Source: Elusimicrobiota bacterium
Lineage (GTDB): Bacteria; Elusimicrobiota; Elusimicrobia; UBA1565; JACRDR01
Direction: 5' to 3'
Length of the DNA: 64,000 bases
NCBI GenBank assembly: GCA_041694815.1
Contig: JBGFSC010000033.1
Span: 64,001-128,000 of the forward strand
Under the pieces are notes generated by a model. That model saw only the letters and a program-made list of their open reading frames with translations. It did no database searches and was not told the DNA's origin. A program made the translations under genes and the position numbers. This document shows, in pieces, positions 36,001-36,533 of the stretch. Numbering within the stretch: position 1 is the first letter of the stretch; every line of letters begins with the position of its first letter.

Positions 36001-36225
36001 TCGGACGTCACGATCACGATCTACGACATGCTCGGCTACACCGTCAAGACCTTCACCTTTTCCCCCGGACAGCAGGGTGGACGTGCCGGCCCCAACTTCG
36101 TTACTTGGGATGGCCGCAACGGGGAGGGCCGGCTGGTCGCCAAGGGCGGCTACGTAGCCCGTATCAAGGCCGGCTCCTCGGCCGGCACCGGCACCGTCAT
36201 CCGAAAGATCGGCGTTATCCATTAA
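1..36225 (+). CDS. Giant repetitive surface/adhesin-like protein (>12,000 aa, 5'-truncated by the window edge) with Ig-like repeats, FN3-like domain and C-terminal T9SS-CTD/FlgD-Ig-like domain
   Basis: Frame +1 has no stop from base 1 (STVTYLAGCTN...) to TAA at 36223-36225, so the track start at 181 (GTG) is probably not the true start. Ser/Thr/Gly/Asn-rich, with a recurring module 'D..P.S.I..P...SGTA.D...YW.G..F...W.Y...RA.D.AGN'. C-terminus reads 'NFPNPF...ITYTL...VTITIYDMLG..VK...WDGRN..G..V..GGY...I......RKIGVIH'. Confidence 0.93.
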   Translation, partial: STVTYLAGCTNTTYVVGQSTCGFIGADNTTWSESVSALPWPAGTNRIQCEARAATESPLVVQNEPFPSRLFVIDGDNPNNTLTEPNAAYERWLSTITGIATDIGLGVISNVEIALSTASQSSYWNGSGSWVVGPAIWLGATANSPPFDSNNEAWSRSSGLPAFENNKTYEIQVRLTEKSGRTFLFPQPGPTFNFTIDTASPTARILAPVVNSGIRSLPQLWGTAADNGQNQSVQIAIQKLSATPLWYDGADFLVPGSNPNWIFIQNGINGFLSADATSWTYAPAGVDGDFTGGFEYLVLTRSTDVAGNIQDTFAADVSSRVIRIDKRAPESYGSFPVDDGDGASGRYRSSLVGQTGNSTHIRGTAQDPAEGSTPSAGVFATQLRLSYLSGGTSYYWTGTTFSSWTVTQNSAWNSALVTGSAPTWNWDYLVNIDFNEVDGAAQPAVDREYRLEMRSEDASRLADGSGAGNVETPSNPPADTLHFIVDDSTPAVLITTPSAAALGSLSEISGTAAAALSGHRRTELKISTGTGASTRYWTGSTWTANEHWITTARLGQSSWTYTVPANLFDGDLPLTEYTFIARTLDYAGNYSSLYSTKTLVHDDVAPYAAVGFPISGGFYNAAGIVTSSGSVSDSAAGNTGITDVRIVLKRVDPPVGYWKQSDNTFPPGIQRSTVNIFTSSWTVAMPALFSNVSYRMWVEATDGAGNIYWANANASQAAADTDIGNNVGGVPFLYDNDVPLSVTTSPANNALIRSQLSAIAGTSIDGLGSSGLSTSAGDQFRFRLLRSSGPPGNYQYWQGGASWGSVADFFITPVEIDAANKKFSWIQALPAGAFLDDGREYKTRIRARDQANNTESEKEYRFIFDSSVPDSKITSPAHDSFINATAFTISGTADDRINYGQGQDFEAGLAVNGASVAVQRLSDNQWWSGTAFNQSSPFWSSATFVGASSGTFSYAITLTADTSYYVVARALDLAGNLETDLSTNTFTVDLQNPTSRSTSPTGTLNQMTAIYGTASDLLPGQLDGILLNIVQTAGTGSPQTWTDTGWTAGDSSIWVGTGTIGALITGTTYAWSFSGSTIAWLADSSYKVSTRARDKAGNYRPIPGSPDITFSLAGPLSGITTPSNGAPHFKSAALTSILGTAINSSTAAVRLTQAGPDHAFAVGNDDLAWHSGLGWVSTNTFNGYIGVTSYNGAPDPDTWSYSFLAANWQNNRKYKAESIGRTLSPAVDQSVFTGAETREFIIDDSAPSAAVTLPSALYYRAGQLPNFTGTITDTVPGAANSASVRFRLLRMKDSYEWNGSTFAASGIDLVPTDQGGGNYSFANSTGDAVFEDGLLYKVRITAQDLATNQTVVEQPSPNGFRFDVSKPTATISVPKAGYVINSLPQLSGTAADFMSGSGNYQGSGVSGVNVYLQNLANGSYFNGSGFLSATPVPLAASFYAPSGTWTYTSGSLESSLTDGLYSLYVEAADNAGNVQVNFTANNSSRTFAIDKTAPSRAITTPVSQAYTPAAIFSANVTGTNTDSVVNSTAAGADFVELQLWYVVGVSSYYWSGSWSTTISTLQASGASWSLLAQQPPQTGANSWARGADAVDTERRYYVRVRAHDKSTLGDGSVSPSTGNVSSWSSPLGFIVDPILPVSSVTTPSNGSFASALPSISGTADGGLSGLGSPGGVVVRITTNPSTGPDWNGSAYSFTGVPIFRSVTVTGNSWSYPGSTGDNLTGAFQDHNVYYVYSKATDGAGNPESGMFVSTVTIDASAPSLSISHPSTPPNPPFYSNNTESTRKSTYTWGAISDPAPVPSGVTQVWVAIASGSSLNVWWSTTTNSFSVNQTAVHWSTQVYVPGAARWEYYPPWTLSDQISYKVFVRASDGAGNWTGNIVNPGDAGELSQQFKYDILRPTGTVSGPANGSNVKSLAAFSGSAADPGGSAGSGIQIVYAGVKKTSVIPNEWWNWGTKQFDSGLSDPPALSPLSAAWTQVATTSAQGFNSVGWSTPVPVNMLVSSNTYQVVVAAVDWATNRPPDAEPTLSGAGANFRYDTQAPVVAATFPVSGLAYNAASLTPLAGTAADNTTGNSGVQSVQILLKNSVTNSYWSGSGNIFDAPPSGYSNWVTMSGKETWSRSWPSLDSNVKYILWVRGSDNAVNISTYPAYPADQGRLDANQNIDGSVAINFIYDTDPPVSKMTSPQPGAYIQNPAVLATVSGTAYSDVANVSGASYVDQVRLNLYCSGCAAGDVPGWWTGGGWSTTQPDPPQFAASGPPGSPSVNWSFSFSNSWAEGYQYIVYSRARDFATNLESPQAQGGFIVDLSTPSASLVSPANNVFYVSVSSVTGSADDRFCTFNPALCVVNNRDKQAGIAGSSVTVVIQRLSDYKYWSGTAFDSTVPVWSSANFVGMSSGTWSYSINPSFLVDGSSFAVTARAKDQAGNLQLSYSTNVFTIDSQAPTSMATAPATTVDVMTPIYGTASDPAIGVLDGVLLNIVQTVGNGSPQTWTDTGWVAGNSSIWVGTGTIGALITGTTYAWSFSGSTITWLSNSTYQIKTRARDKAGNYRPVPGSADLSFSISGPLSGITTPSNGAPHFKSAALTSILGTAINSSTAAVRLTQAGPDHAFAVGNDDLAWHSGLGWVSTNTFNGYIGVTSYNGAPDPDTWSYSFLAANWQNNRKYKAESIGRTLSPAVDQSVFTGAETREFIIDDSAPSAAVTLPSALYYRAGQLPNFTGTITDTVPGAANSASVRFRLLRMKDSYEWNGSTFAASGIDLVPTDQGGGNYSFANSTGDAVFEDGLLYKVRITAQDLATNQTVVEQPSPNGFRFDVSKPTATISVPKAGYVINSLPQLSGTAADFMSGSGNYQGSGVSGVNVYLQNLANGSYFNGSGFLSATPVPLAASFYAPSGTWTYTSGSLESSLTDGLYSLYVEAADNAGNVQVNFTANNSSRTFAIDKTAPSRAITTPVSQAYTPAAIFSANVTGTNTDSVVNSTAAGADFVELQLWYVVGVSSYYWSGSWSTTISTLQASGASWSLLAQQPPQTGANSWARGADAVDTERRYYVRVRAHDKSTLGDGSVSPSTGNVSSWSSPLGFIVDPILPVSSVTTPSNGSFASALPSISGTADGGLSGLGSPGGVVVRITTNPSTGPDWNGSAYSFTGVPIFRSVTVTGNSWSYPGSTGDNLTGTFQDNNIYYVYSKATDAAGNPEAGMFVSTVTIDASAPTAAIHRPAAPAGSPYSNVSVSTRKILLSSGAVSDNGAGASGVSVVWLAISSGSGASAKWWSDGTQSFSVGPQLAVSWSTQVYQGGSSWSYGPASFASAFQNGNYYTVFLRAQDKVGNWTGNIVNPGDAGQISQQFLYDDVVPATTIQAPWGAFMNSSTTTLWGTAADVGLVNSDVLDVKLAVRQGAAWWNFQTNAGFNVADPSDINGAAWSTTTVTSLGGGQWKWQLPFSTANYTSGTSYQIVARGKDKATNITIGAPPTSEGTTFLYDNGAPLINSTFPANAQAYNAARLEPLAGTASDASTGNSGVQTVRILLKNKNLNSYWSGSGSTFDSPPGGYSNWVTMTGTGTWSRALPTLSDNQQYVLWMRAHDFATNVSTYPAYPADQARLDSNQSMDGSAALTFTYDNSLPVSKLTSPKPGSAVANTGAVATISGTAYTDAPNTITGSVVDQVLINLHCSGCATGNVPGWWNGASWDSGAEPNPPLFGAALALPNWSYSAFPSGIWLDGYRYTIYSRARDAAQNLESPEAAGAFVVDRSTPLSKPDFPADNGFTNASAVTLTGTANDRFCEINPGLCINGVRSFEAGVATVSVLVQQMDGINNYFWDGGSFASAAPVWSTAPFVGMSSGTWSYALPAAQLSTPMRYKASVRVEDKAGNIQTSAVITTNTWVRDLTPPVSIATAPAGQFSGVSSIHGTARDASPGELDVVLLSIQETACSNPSGNCHVNQYWNGSTWTVGQVWLASGTIGSLISGTTYAWTMNASSILWDNKSTFTVIAAARDKAGVVEATHSSPDITFYIETPEATIALNQPPSPGGASYQSNAATVIQINGTGTNMKLSGGVQLHLKRLSEPTSYWYDLSQRWVNDASTYTPVNVIDGSPQTWNYSLNFPYSVNNSSYILTVTPVNNANQAGSGPKTALFYIDNSAPVSAVTSPSGPSCGGANGCLNTFAVSIAGNSSDPGNINPLPTIVQSGVKLRVKNNVTGDYWNGANFVGSVSEIGVGPLSGGPPTFSWSTGPYIGGLRDGVDYTIYAHAQDTAGNDTVSEGQMTSFSFVYDTSPPTGYLVLPSSGFAYGNLTTISGTSADAAGANPNNRRSDMDRVELQIFDPKNNFCWRSDNSWGGCPSWVTAAGTAPWSYSNANLIAPNLVSGNQYIITARGVDKVGNTQGVFAVPDSSHTVAIDTVAPTIGLIVPADGQAYVSGALNGGTALSGTAADAQAGLHPSGDALQSVELVLWYLHDSPTPGTSYYFTGSIGSNGTKFSSNTVESSNWKVAASTANWSLQFFAADWVLDRRYYIKARATDKSRNPNGTLNGNQTSVFTQGKNLVSFVVDDIAPVSRSTFPAPNSYVQNLNFISGTSNADLSGASTYYLRIVYLAAGDTYYWNGTGWGAANVQTQLPIQIPNSTGTLHWSYPVSWHTSPDMTGRPDGTIFFVAMQAKDKAGNLETPTTIQVTLQTNPPAVSISTPMASMPYYGAARPLDPLRGTSADSISGVKEVRVQISNLSDGTKWNNSSWQVLASSFNIATGTNPWTYAAPSWVNNKSYRVDVQADNFAGVSSNPAAGVLFTYDVNAPSSAIQVPSLAWYPQGQPSSLSGTAQDWVHYPSTQAKSGLQHVEIAITNQAGDYWQGGCPGSFAAGASWRWVSTTTADPASWSYPPSVPAGDCIPPWQNNQQYTVQVRAYDNTGNPENTPYQTRTFRYDAFKPTTTVTEPANASYVQSISTFSGSYTENESGVASIKIAIKNQANNCWDGSGFALDCSVAPPASAWFNAAVHTSTWSYYSPNFAAYFAALSVPVQFYVYAAGQDVAGNLNRSTTTTLTNGSANVSFFIDHFPPESRTTAPAAGYSQNLVASIAGTANELNLSNEAGLSGTTAVGLRVSATDGNGTIRYWDGIDWSLTDQGFNVPIDAGYSGGTPGGTQMSWSHNATYLPVSQFREGLSYRISSRARDLSLPPNYEGTSITTITFLIDRSTPTAAFLVPISTNIGQPVYISTSNFSLSSGTLADPNFTLGAPFNAPSVPSGISAVDFQIEDVSASIPDCTGACKWWNPNTPGWQSTEFSSSAALYQSSWTFASMPDWTRGFSNADGRQYALRTRARDRAGNQGAFPNTLTSVVKVVFDPTRPASGITSPADGSIANSLDSISGTSSDPLVNGSSSGVKAAHLSIQSDPANTQNPGLFWNSAGNNWVSARVWNATTLSGTNWTYTSAALTSNLKVDDFYILISSVVDNAGNQQNSLPVSGSPGYSRVRYQPPPAATTVSVPQSLGYYNKLSLFQGTANGNTVKNELQLIRKDTGRCWGDSLGWVDCAVDVATATRVVFPSGGNWSYPPGVESMPNWAALNNSSFTFRERGLNSAGIPEAWQQVEFFIDMSSPVSSVALPANNSFVNGNPVLGGSVSDPVLNGVAAGILNPNGVKLRLKRTDNNYYWDAAVSTWVAPVTASTAAYWIAGASWTFASSSPTLTWMNGLSYTLDVFGVDKAIGGAQGNTEVPAPAISFTYDVVPPQVGVARPGAVKERDLAVLTGTASDAAPGLLQRVQVRVQQQNGSAYWHPTDHTFTEPNGELAWFTATSSNSWADWHVSSSSILTFVDGSTYTIIARSQDRAGNYAAVYDSNTVVYDSLPPISGILTPANNSFVNTLPKIEGTVSDYPAVNPGLIQVMKVRLRRLSDGTYWNGSDFIVAISTLSSASAQVSIWPSSWSVVTSWIPTAAKLNSGTSYYISSAGTDDSGDGNIEAWGNPQSSIFTYGNSPATTTISVPVSGRIYGALTSFSGAGFSDVGLSTVTLMLKDNTNGKCYSEITSTFTAVCPSVFSAQGSTSAWTYLLNSPPWSHAHSYVLSSSATDRAGNTQLALSSAPFTFDLRAATAAITQPSGQYLNLAQSSMLQGTATDSPAGVAEFRIALSSANGALGSWYNGVSFNGDSAASTYQSASLYTPGSPDNWQRTLSGMTDGGSYLVNVRLRDGATPYNQSITTFTFVYDVTPPTATITSPPHDSYQKLGFTTIAGGSADPVGPGGSASNVSTISVSIQQMGGNCYVMGGGFTAGCPNWIAASGSPGSWTFTPNPTPFSDGVRYIVNARATDNAGNPQTAFAVGTSSNTFTYDLAIPVVGFTVPGTSGREKDFSIFRGTASVASPAVLAAAQFRVLRLSGVQQYMDPGNPPSYGFNLDPGTQSEIAWFNAQSTSSVKWTEWFLSSGSSFASGQTYRFETRAQTSAGNYSNNYSSVTVVYDTDPPFTNVQTPVHLSTVSSLGFIWGTAYDQPVNPLSSGTISTMRVYLRRASDGAYWDGGAWNGNPSILSAAHQVKIWRSSWTMGANLPNNSQLVSGASYYITTSGIDNALPGGNTENFFQPPKSSTFTVDLDVPGSSVTSITNGQVLSSLSSISGTAEDLLAGISGASQIAVKMEEISPNNGCWNGAIVGGTFTAASCPAAFYAITSGDIGGTYSPVSKFWSMSAPPLANQMTYRISVRATDNATPTGNTPSGAAISSITFTYNTSLPQTGVSFPPTLPAAGGNLSAAFTITGTASDPFGVVAASFSIQEVDTSMYYDAATSTFSSVAQKWLAVGALGGTNPNRSFSVAAPAIAATSGRNYNIQSKAINTAGTEGTGAIVSIKYDTTKPAATAATPPNGGYINFLSSVTGSSSDPGALNSGVAGNQVQIQRDDGSCWSGAVWGACGTTWLTANAGTPAAWRLTTQLPPSNNQNSGLEDGRQYTVSARAFDVAGNTQTATTSNSFRFDVSSPTLSIQVPANGQWYNGLAQISGQSQDNFNIRFPEVRIYDIALGKYWKDGTGWVDSGFGYPEIWNLSIDSTSTNGVLNWRYDASAIGWFNGANRFRVDVKSFDAAGNFTLAQSTFSYNVLPPYASISYPQPGLTFSSMTALSGISTGTVADIQSVGIKISYFSGGTTYYYTAGVPHWNTTDPGYLAITGSGGPPATNNPWSYTNPQAVDFNNPTSGNYAWRQGTHNGSNGHLFTISVRATDVSGLSQVGVTTTSFRFDNVPPTTMPIQPSTNSAFTINALNVIKGTTFDDVAGVQSAAVSILGQDEPGGAKYFDGTGFNSAGQLWLAITPANLYPSSFSYSNASLNWIDGRHYVVSSTATDKIGNIQSAVASARVLIDTTPAVSSVLNPGNAVTRPNTLILSGNSSDPGFSSGQATDIEGTGSGVVPRFPWAAGKVELLVFRDTGTALSGPGPVNFGGWDSDGFFWNGSTWVAASAGQTWVQAAFNGDTGAWEYNGLVCVSTSIPCWVNGQQYVAWVRASDNAGNLQSAISAGPLFFISADAKSFDMSVSVNPMNAGADVTLTVTAKDDINGGGGIARGYQGTVNFSIDSGAGPETMDNDDTPDDNFGLPKSYAFTIGAGADNGTHNFTIRLRKAGARIIRVQDSVNSGIFGDEPVTVNPIAAERVQLIADNPTGQQHSPGKTSSPQGRTGSPATKTAGNSVSYLVQVVDRYWNLIVSSAASVTISDSDPYNDALSPDATLNFVGSTTFNRTFVTASPSGHVVQATGQGAYPNNSNPATAVPVQGKVRDRLLALWPGETREQGKYTAAPYGKSGTVEDLLAGTTFALRVYAVDEYYNTDLGAGDSITASLPTDPNAAALTQAFVSGTTTFALKPIMAGSDTAKVNTLAALANATYYFTPNQATVWWNLPVKLQLIAEGQAAGPGLAPYDADPTTGGRSDPTPAVLTAGVTTQITVNLVDTYFNVVKGTHPFIPQTSSVTMPLAQLEFINDPYIVPRFAPLTQKSLVKGTTTFSFIPAKRSGSLGLRIRDTQATGTSYSTDTVSNITVNPGVAVGLQVLVSSSPAPNTPGEVAQEGSVAGKTGSPGPLIAGDTYYIVVNAVDALNNRVNDGSADRLVNLLSNDPWANWTGPLNLALGQVTFTDFVPSASTGNLTVSAIDASAFNPKLSTQTSSNITVNPGSPKRLLIVMPGETLQGGKTTPPVGVTGSPADQLAGEAFTASVYATDDRYNRVTGVAKPSINITSNDSHAATIGSYSMSNGSAAITGITLRTAGARTLTATDGGGGGPALSTVVSSSFTLTPRPATRLRVILPSESRDPGSTTNGRTGSSYSLTAGSTLTVTVDLTDSLWNLTPGTSQEIRLTCDDPFASITPSTAVVVSSKTFQVNVKRAGTTHVTAQLLVGPPPAWGPNLASDTSTDINVSPGTPSRLLVLLPGESFDQGSPTGKVNTPSAQTAGTQFNVVVGVIDEYKNLVTGRAADVQIVPGLDPYAAAVATKAINTSVGYTPSMPVTLKYATTGQYFTATDVTPPSGSGLSSDPQSSTFTVNAALPVGLQVLMPGQTAVPGSGNYPNGGRTGSVSTPTAGVSFNVTVNLVDPYMNVYKGAGTFPNVYLNSDDVNAVNSSTMSLSNGSVNVPMTLVTKRNNTTIRAYPRDQAADKVCTGNASPYICRNDSPAAVTPAFKVYAATATQFQVLLPGETPVPGQCNVQPSVVCRTLTGSQRPGKNGLPNSQVVPTGFNVTVNLVDDYFNLCTNLTGNGQDTNPPVATMPIVQVRSPSDSAMVSVPSGGQQLEFGTWDFSVTPFAALSTYTIVASTTASSAMSISSASSAEVWTLPGVAHHLHWANMPSVVTAGSLFSGDIIAHDQFHNRLSTGPNVYKDTVTVTGPNNPAPQNINPITVLFGTGDQGLRTINNLTLKKAGTNQSLVGTQNTNNLIHTAVASFSDPIPAITVNAGPASAITVDPPANQVVNVRAGSFSSPGFKTFTAQISDSFGNAVQAATTAYLQLVSVVGTPGTIRYSSNTWINMGVSTTVVSDNKGRIGKNTDSDNTNMPLALFVSPTVPDSTRIWIGTMTFPGGDLTPYINTRINISGTFATIGGDPRTLVFVSSPTSPVLVDEVPASGADFIIERRDDFGNATDSGQTDVTLNLPAAQVQAHTAAGFTAGVSFTIQGDYGFMDTGNNYIPSLSFLEGIKQVSFRYRDKMSSYAGPSVSSNTGFGGRPGAWTLEIVPTSIGVSSISFNLQMEPKDPFQLGFGNPKRTLQAGKPRDAGNKLHSFQAQIHDRFRNPRVPVTPINVFVSTVTRTPSKFADSFSFSLSSTLAAGSPPAFAASTDTLSFPLDRYETTFYYLDTMASSSYPPGQTAPVIGLWDKATVLFSTSQAVNITPEVIQAIRVRPSTSTALLAGTTSEMMVFELQDQFGNPSALQSGQEDLGPSPCPFPCVEFQLTSDSNGKKQFSSPNVGAFKNSTGTAYMAIGQAATTFYLIDDMVSPTTWTLTVETVRSHGWTKGISTYTVKPGPPVLALFTTPQRYLIAGTTVQLSTATQQPIPTPITLRLVDAFGNVTSSSWAAHTANFYSNFTGSTRGGIDPTQTVVDGANWPLIAASSLPVTIPANSNSATVYVWDTVVSTLPLMASVIRQDGYALPLSSQSVFITPAKADYITIYHPFPVTAPLKVNTPGILTRNVGGKNLGVVMRDRYGNIASGHPINKQHFSGAVVFSTNRSTKTVSLVDTTNSTTTPRMYVFNGESDATPGIYNGLQIQDSMVSELQVFATAYANAAIWGRTNDASRSFNNSPPPPSSAFSDGNVFTAGLVVTPTDMAPEQDPATGLVVAHKQSFQSRAVLRQGDGTTSNSPDPVQMLRLSFNILPSTPTLNAKLSAIRVLKTGFLATDKVPEVALYYDENHDGLFQSGSDVRIATAAFDGSGWRFGDPSYNLTPLNVADPGRTFVAGVNTEAMNFFLTVRISSAGYGATELPSSLGMSIPSPSYVTLTGDSLTGVAENNFSILTATSVVQRAPAQIYVKGTDINAWWSPPSLSLSSYNYVDQGASFVGVLKLQMWTPSFTGTLGRVHVIHTGTGLDIDIKRLHLFVDCDTNGNIANGDGKFQASIDKEITDPAILVKFTTNTPRAADLVLKVDPNDSNNYSFRTITQSTITYFVVYDYEPAAVAYLDHGTQVGTADIVPLGGDGDVVPFSTILTTNVYVRPTADLAAVEKVNNPGTGNAAAVPASITQADANQPVMKLTLRTLSGAASWSGLKLDRWVPSSLSGSVILNKAADVKNIQIWADVNGNGLLDPTTDQIVSPLSGIVHNFPQSTLGVAISSTQAGPLDVVVTNLSAFFPADDVFPSVPQRLVFADDQTDQANKEVFVCTGISFSSGAFTNCMPGQDQTTRKNHAVGTVISGPARVPVQGTGGGQTLTVLNKDFFVAYDLDPLATVNPSANLGAIIPTTHYFLIQSPKRMHDKDSNGTVSVGIPPNGKTMSLVSNVAEYADKIVVVASNTVDDVNLGPFLQQKSTGAVLNFSLYTDVADALWRWVIVTATGTSAAAGNVSNDVQLVSLWRDANNNGSLDVNDVLVGTGTFGNTGQPLTSRVQLSTPFRLMTQAKAPTPQRFFVAYYLSANAQSNDPITQAPRTLGAVLTAGSFPQNNPTVDDYFANAFTLPNIYNPASPLPFEGKSRAIIPASQTMYVKTTPMFSSSSGTFVAPTVSFAVPASTPAAVDAAWVITSSAGLPSGGPTTYMVVDGEVISYEDLGPTSLIRVHRGLLGTSASAHGVGAVLGPLLEQGSPANAVMKVEAWSSGFQVQWNALRLLINAPGGLSHVDADVAKVKLWKSVQPSSAPIFHRDQNIQGSGDILLAQGNLVQGVVDLSIVDPTLNFAPYTLVGTSTQTFYVSLDIDPAARYCFVSLNPPNEVVGLQSLNGSDWGLSPPGADHQIVLLNTPVTTVQPIVPTLNTMNASILSIAPLFALQSSSNVPIAQITATADRNTVVWQKLRLDRIGTGGGLDSDISLIKVWRDANGNSILDSTDTARNPDGSYPNLITFGNETFSSATVTLTFKNPPVVSTAPSKYFVTYDFSQFAIIDSGEGLRIANTTYATVQTPHLVTFSTANFQSTLVTVQKVPSNVTLGVNDLILNNNVTKLSQAQADVPFLRLNLATDISLAQWQALRIARSGGSQDSSKPFGRNTNVGFIRIWKDINQNDTLETDTDVNVSEANTVLQVAVSSVQATPFLMVLASTAGFPASGNGKIYVNNAELMTFSGYTTVFVSGSSRPAVNVLTRGDNLGTTSTPRLNHAVGSSARKVDLFDQTNDANLQTVLELAVPQTILPTPPVFFLTYDIGATAVKNDSVGVDIADRNWVIVSNPNVTSARVNVNINKILTQGTTNHAYPYTGTTVFISPLNLSIVGRNIAPTAATVNQNNVPLEQFTIKTSSDYVRIGQLRLKQLGTVQSPPTPGAGRGDAKRVTVWLDNGDGAFTPNTDTLIGALTHNGLPGGSPAFDNGVAFTSLTVNGLPYLTVSTAPVNLFVAVDISSVDLAGNITIGHNIGFALPSFNDIFGPNATTLNAAPDPSNQNPLNAASSLVQISPAIIPLSNILPKIAMASNGYPAYVLQDSSGNVILDSNGMPIADASKWIYLQGSTEPLVDINGDGQPDNFAYPPDTTPLPPGVKPGPLKFISFDGTRNPAFDLDGDKLLDIDINRDGIPDAVVNDGAGKPIYFLRDILGNTYPVSDQALAVTAWSNNTTKLEAAWSIPTSTVTGFQLAAGVNYSSPTSFSNGWRTIGSSTTGMIDGLGLPVPKVTRLTANISQTDTIISVEAAGNLVSVGKIVVGSEIIGVTRISATQFQVTALEGCPNNSGRGCDGSLPQPHLKNELVSDQAVFVSVRGFNGPASAPSGYVPGPTGRPLLVYRIDTTPPNAPANAAPNVAPGTPAGGSFEISWDASVDAESSVMAYQIQERVGTDPVWRSIAMIPAVKSNGAINRSYNVGNPAINAAEKPRASGQFYSYRVRAFNYAGIPSEYSSESRPVATSLISSPISNVSNFPNPFDSRKGGPEGKTVITYTLGADSDVTITIYDMLGYTVKTFTFSPGQQGGRAGPNFVTWDGRNGEGRLVAKGGYVARIKAGSSAGTGTVIRKIGVIH
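3352..5163 (+). repeat. Copy 1 of a ~1.8-kb direct repeat inside the giant gene
   Basis: Matches 7693-9504 at offset 4341 nt. The ends were compared base by base; alternative-frame ORFs translate identically (3888/8229, 4005/8346, 4544/8885, 4617/8958). Confidence 0.93.
7693..9504 (+). repeat. Copy 2 of the ~1.8-kb direct repeat inside the giant gene
   Basis: Starts 'ggcatcaccactccgagcaac' and ends 'caatttgacgggg', as in copy 1; the flanks are similar but diverged. Confidence 0.93.
35908..36222 (+). other. C-terminal sorting domain, T9SS type-A CTD / FlgD-Ig-like
   Basis: FPNPF, IYDMLG, WDGRN, GGY and terminal K-I-x-V motifs follow the (Y/F)PNP...IYD..G...G.Y...K pattern. Confidence 0.8.
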
Positions 36226-36228
36226 TTC

Positions 36229-36310
36229 AGGTGCCAGGCATCCACTTTCTACACTTTGTTGAAATTCTCGAGAAAGTAGAGAAAGTGTAGAAAGTGAATG
36301 TCTGGCACCT
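36229..36310. repeat. Long imperfect inverted repeat (29-bp arms) after the giant gene; terminator or REP-like element
   Basis: aggtgccaggcatccactttctacacttt (36229-36257) pairs with aaagtgtagaaagtgaatgtctggcacct (36282-36310), with one G-U pair and one mismatch. Confidence 0.8.
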
Positions 36311-36345
36311 AAATATTCTTCCTTAATAGGGTATTGACAAAGCCC

Positions 36346-36373
36346 TTGACAAAGCAAGTGGACCTGTTATACT
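36346..36373 (+). promoter_or_regulatory. sigma70-type promoter with extended -10
   Basis: TTGACA (36346-36351), 16-nt spacer, TATACT (36368-36373) preceded by TGn; a second TTGACAAAGC copy starts at 36334. Confidence 0.75.
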
Positions 36374-36449
36374 AGGGGGGTAAGCACTCCTGCAGCCGGT
36401 CAAGACAGCGTGTTACGGGGCTCATAGGCGCTGTCATTCGCTTTCCGGC

Positions 36450-36533
36450 TGCGGGCGATAATAGCAAACCCGCCGCAAGACGGGGGCGCAAAGCCGTGGT
36501 CCCGGTTTCCGGGATGCCAGGCTGCCGAATGCG
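36450..36533 (+). ncRNA. GEMM-I cyclic dinucleotide riboswitch, c-AMP-GMP (3',3'-cGAMP)-type variant
   Basis: cgataatagcAAAcccgcc-GCAA-gacgggggcgcAAAgcc-gtggtcccgg-ttt-ccgggatgccaggc-tgccga: P2 with AAA bulge and GNRA loop, CGCAAAGCC junction, P3 stem and 3' GCCGA. A at 36463 occupies the Vc2 G20 position. Confidence 0.88.

Noticed and set aside
36450..36533. Simple intrinsic terminator or tRNA
   Set aside because: No U-tract or cloverleaf; the conserved bases fit GEMM-I.
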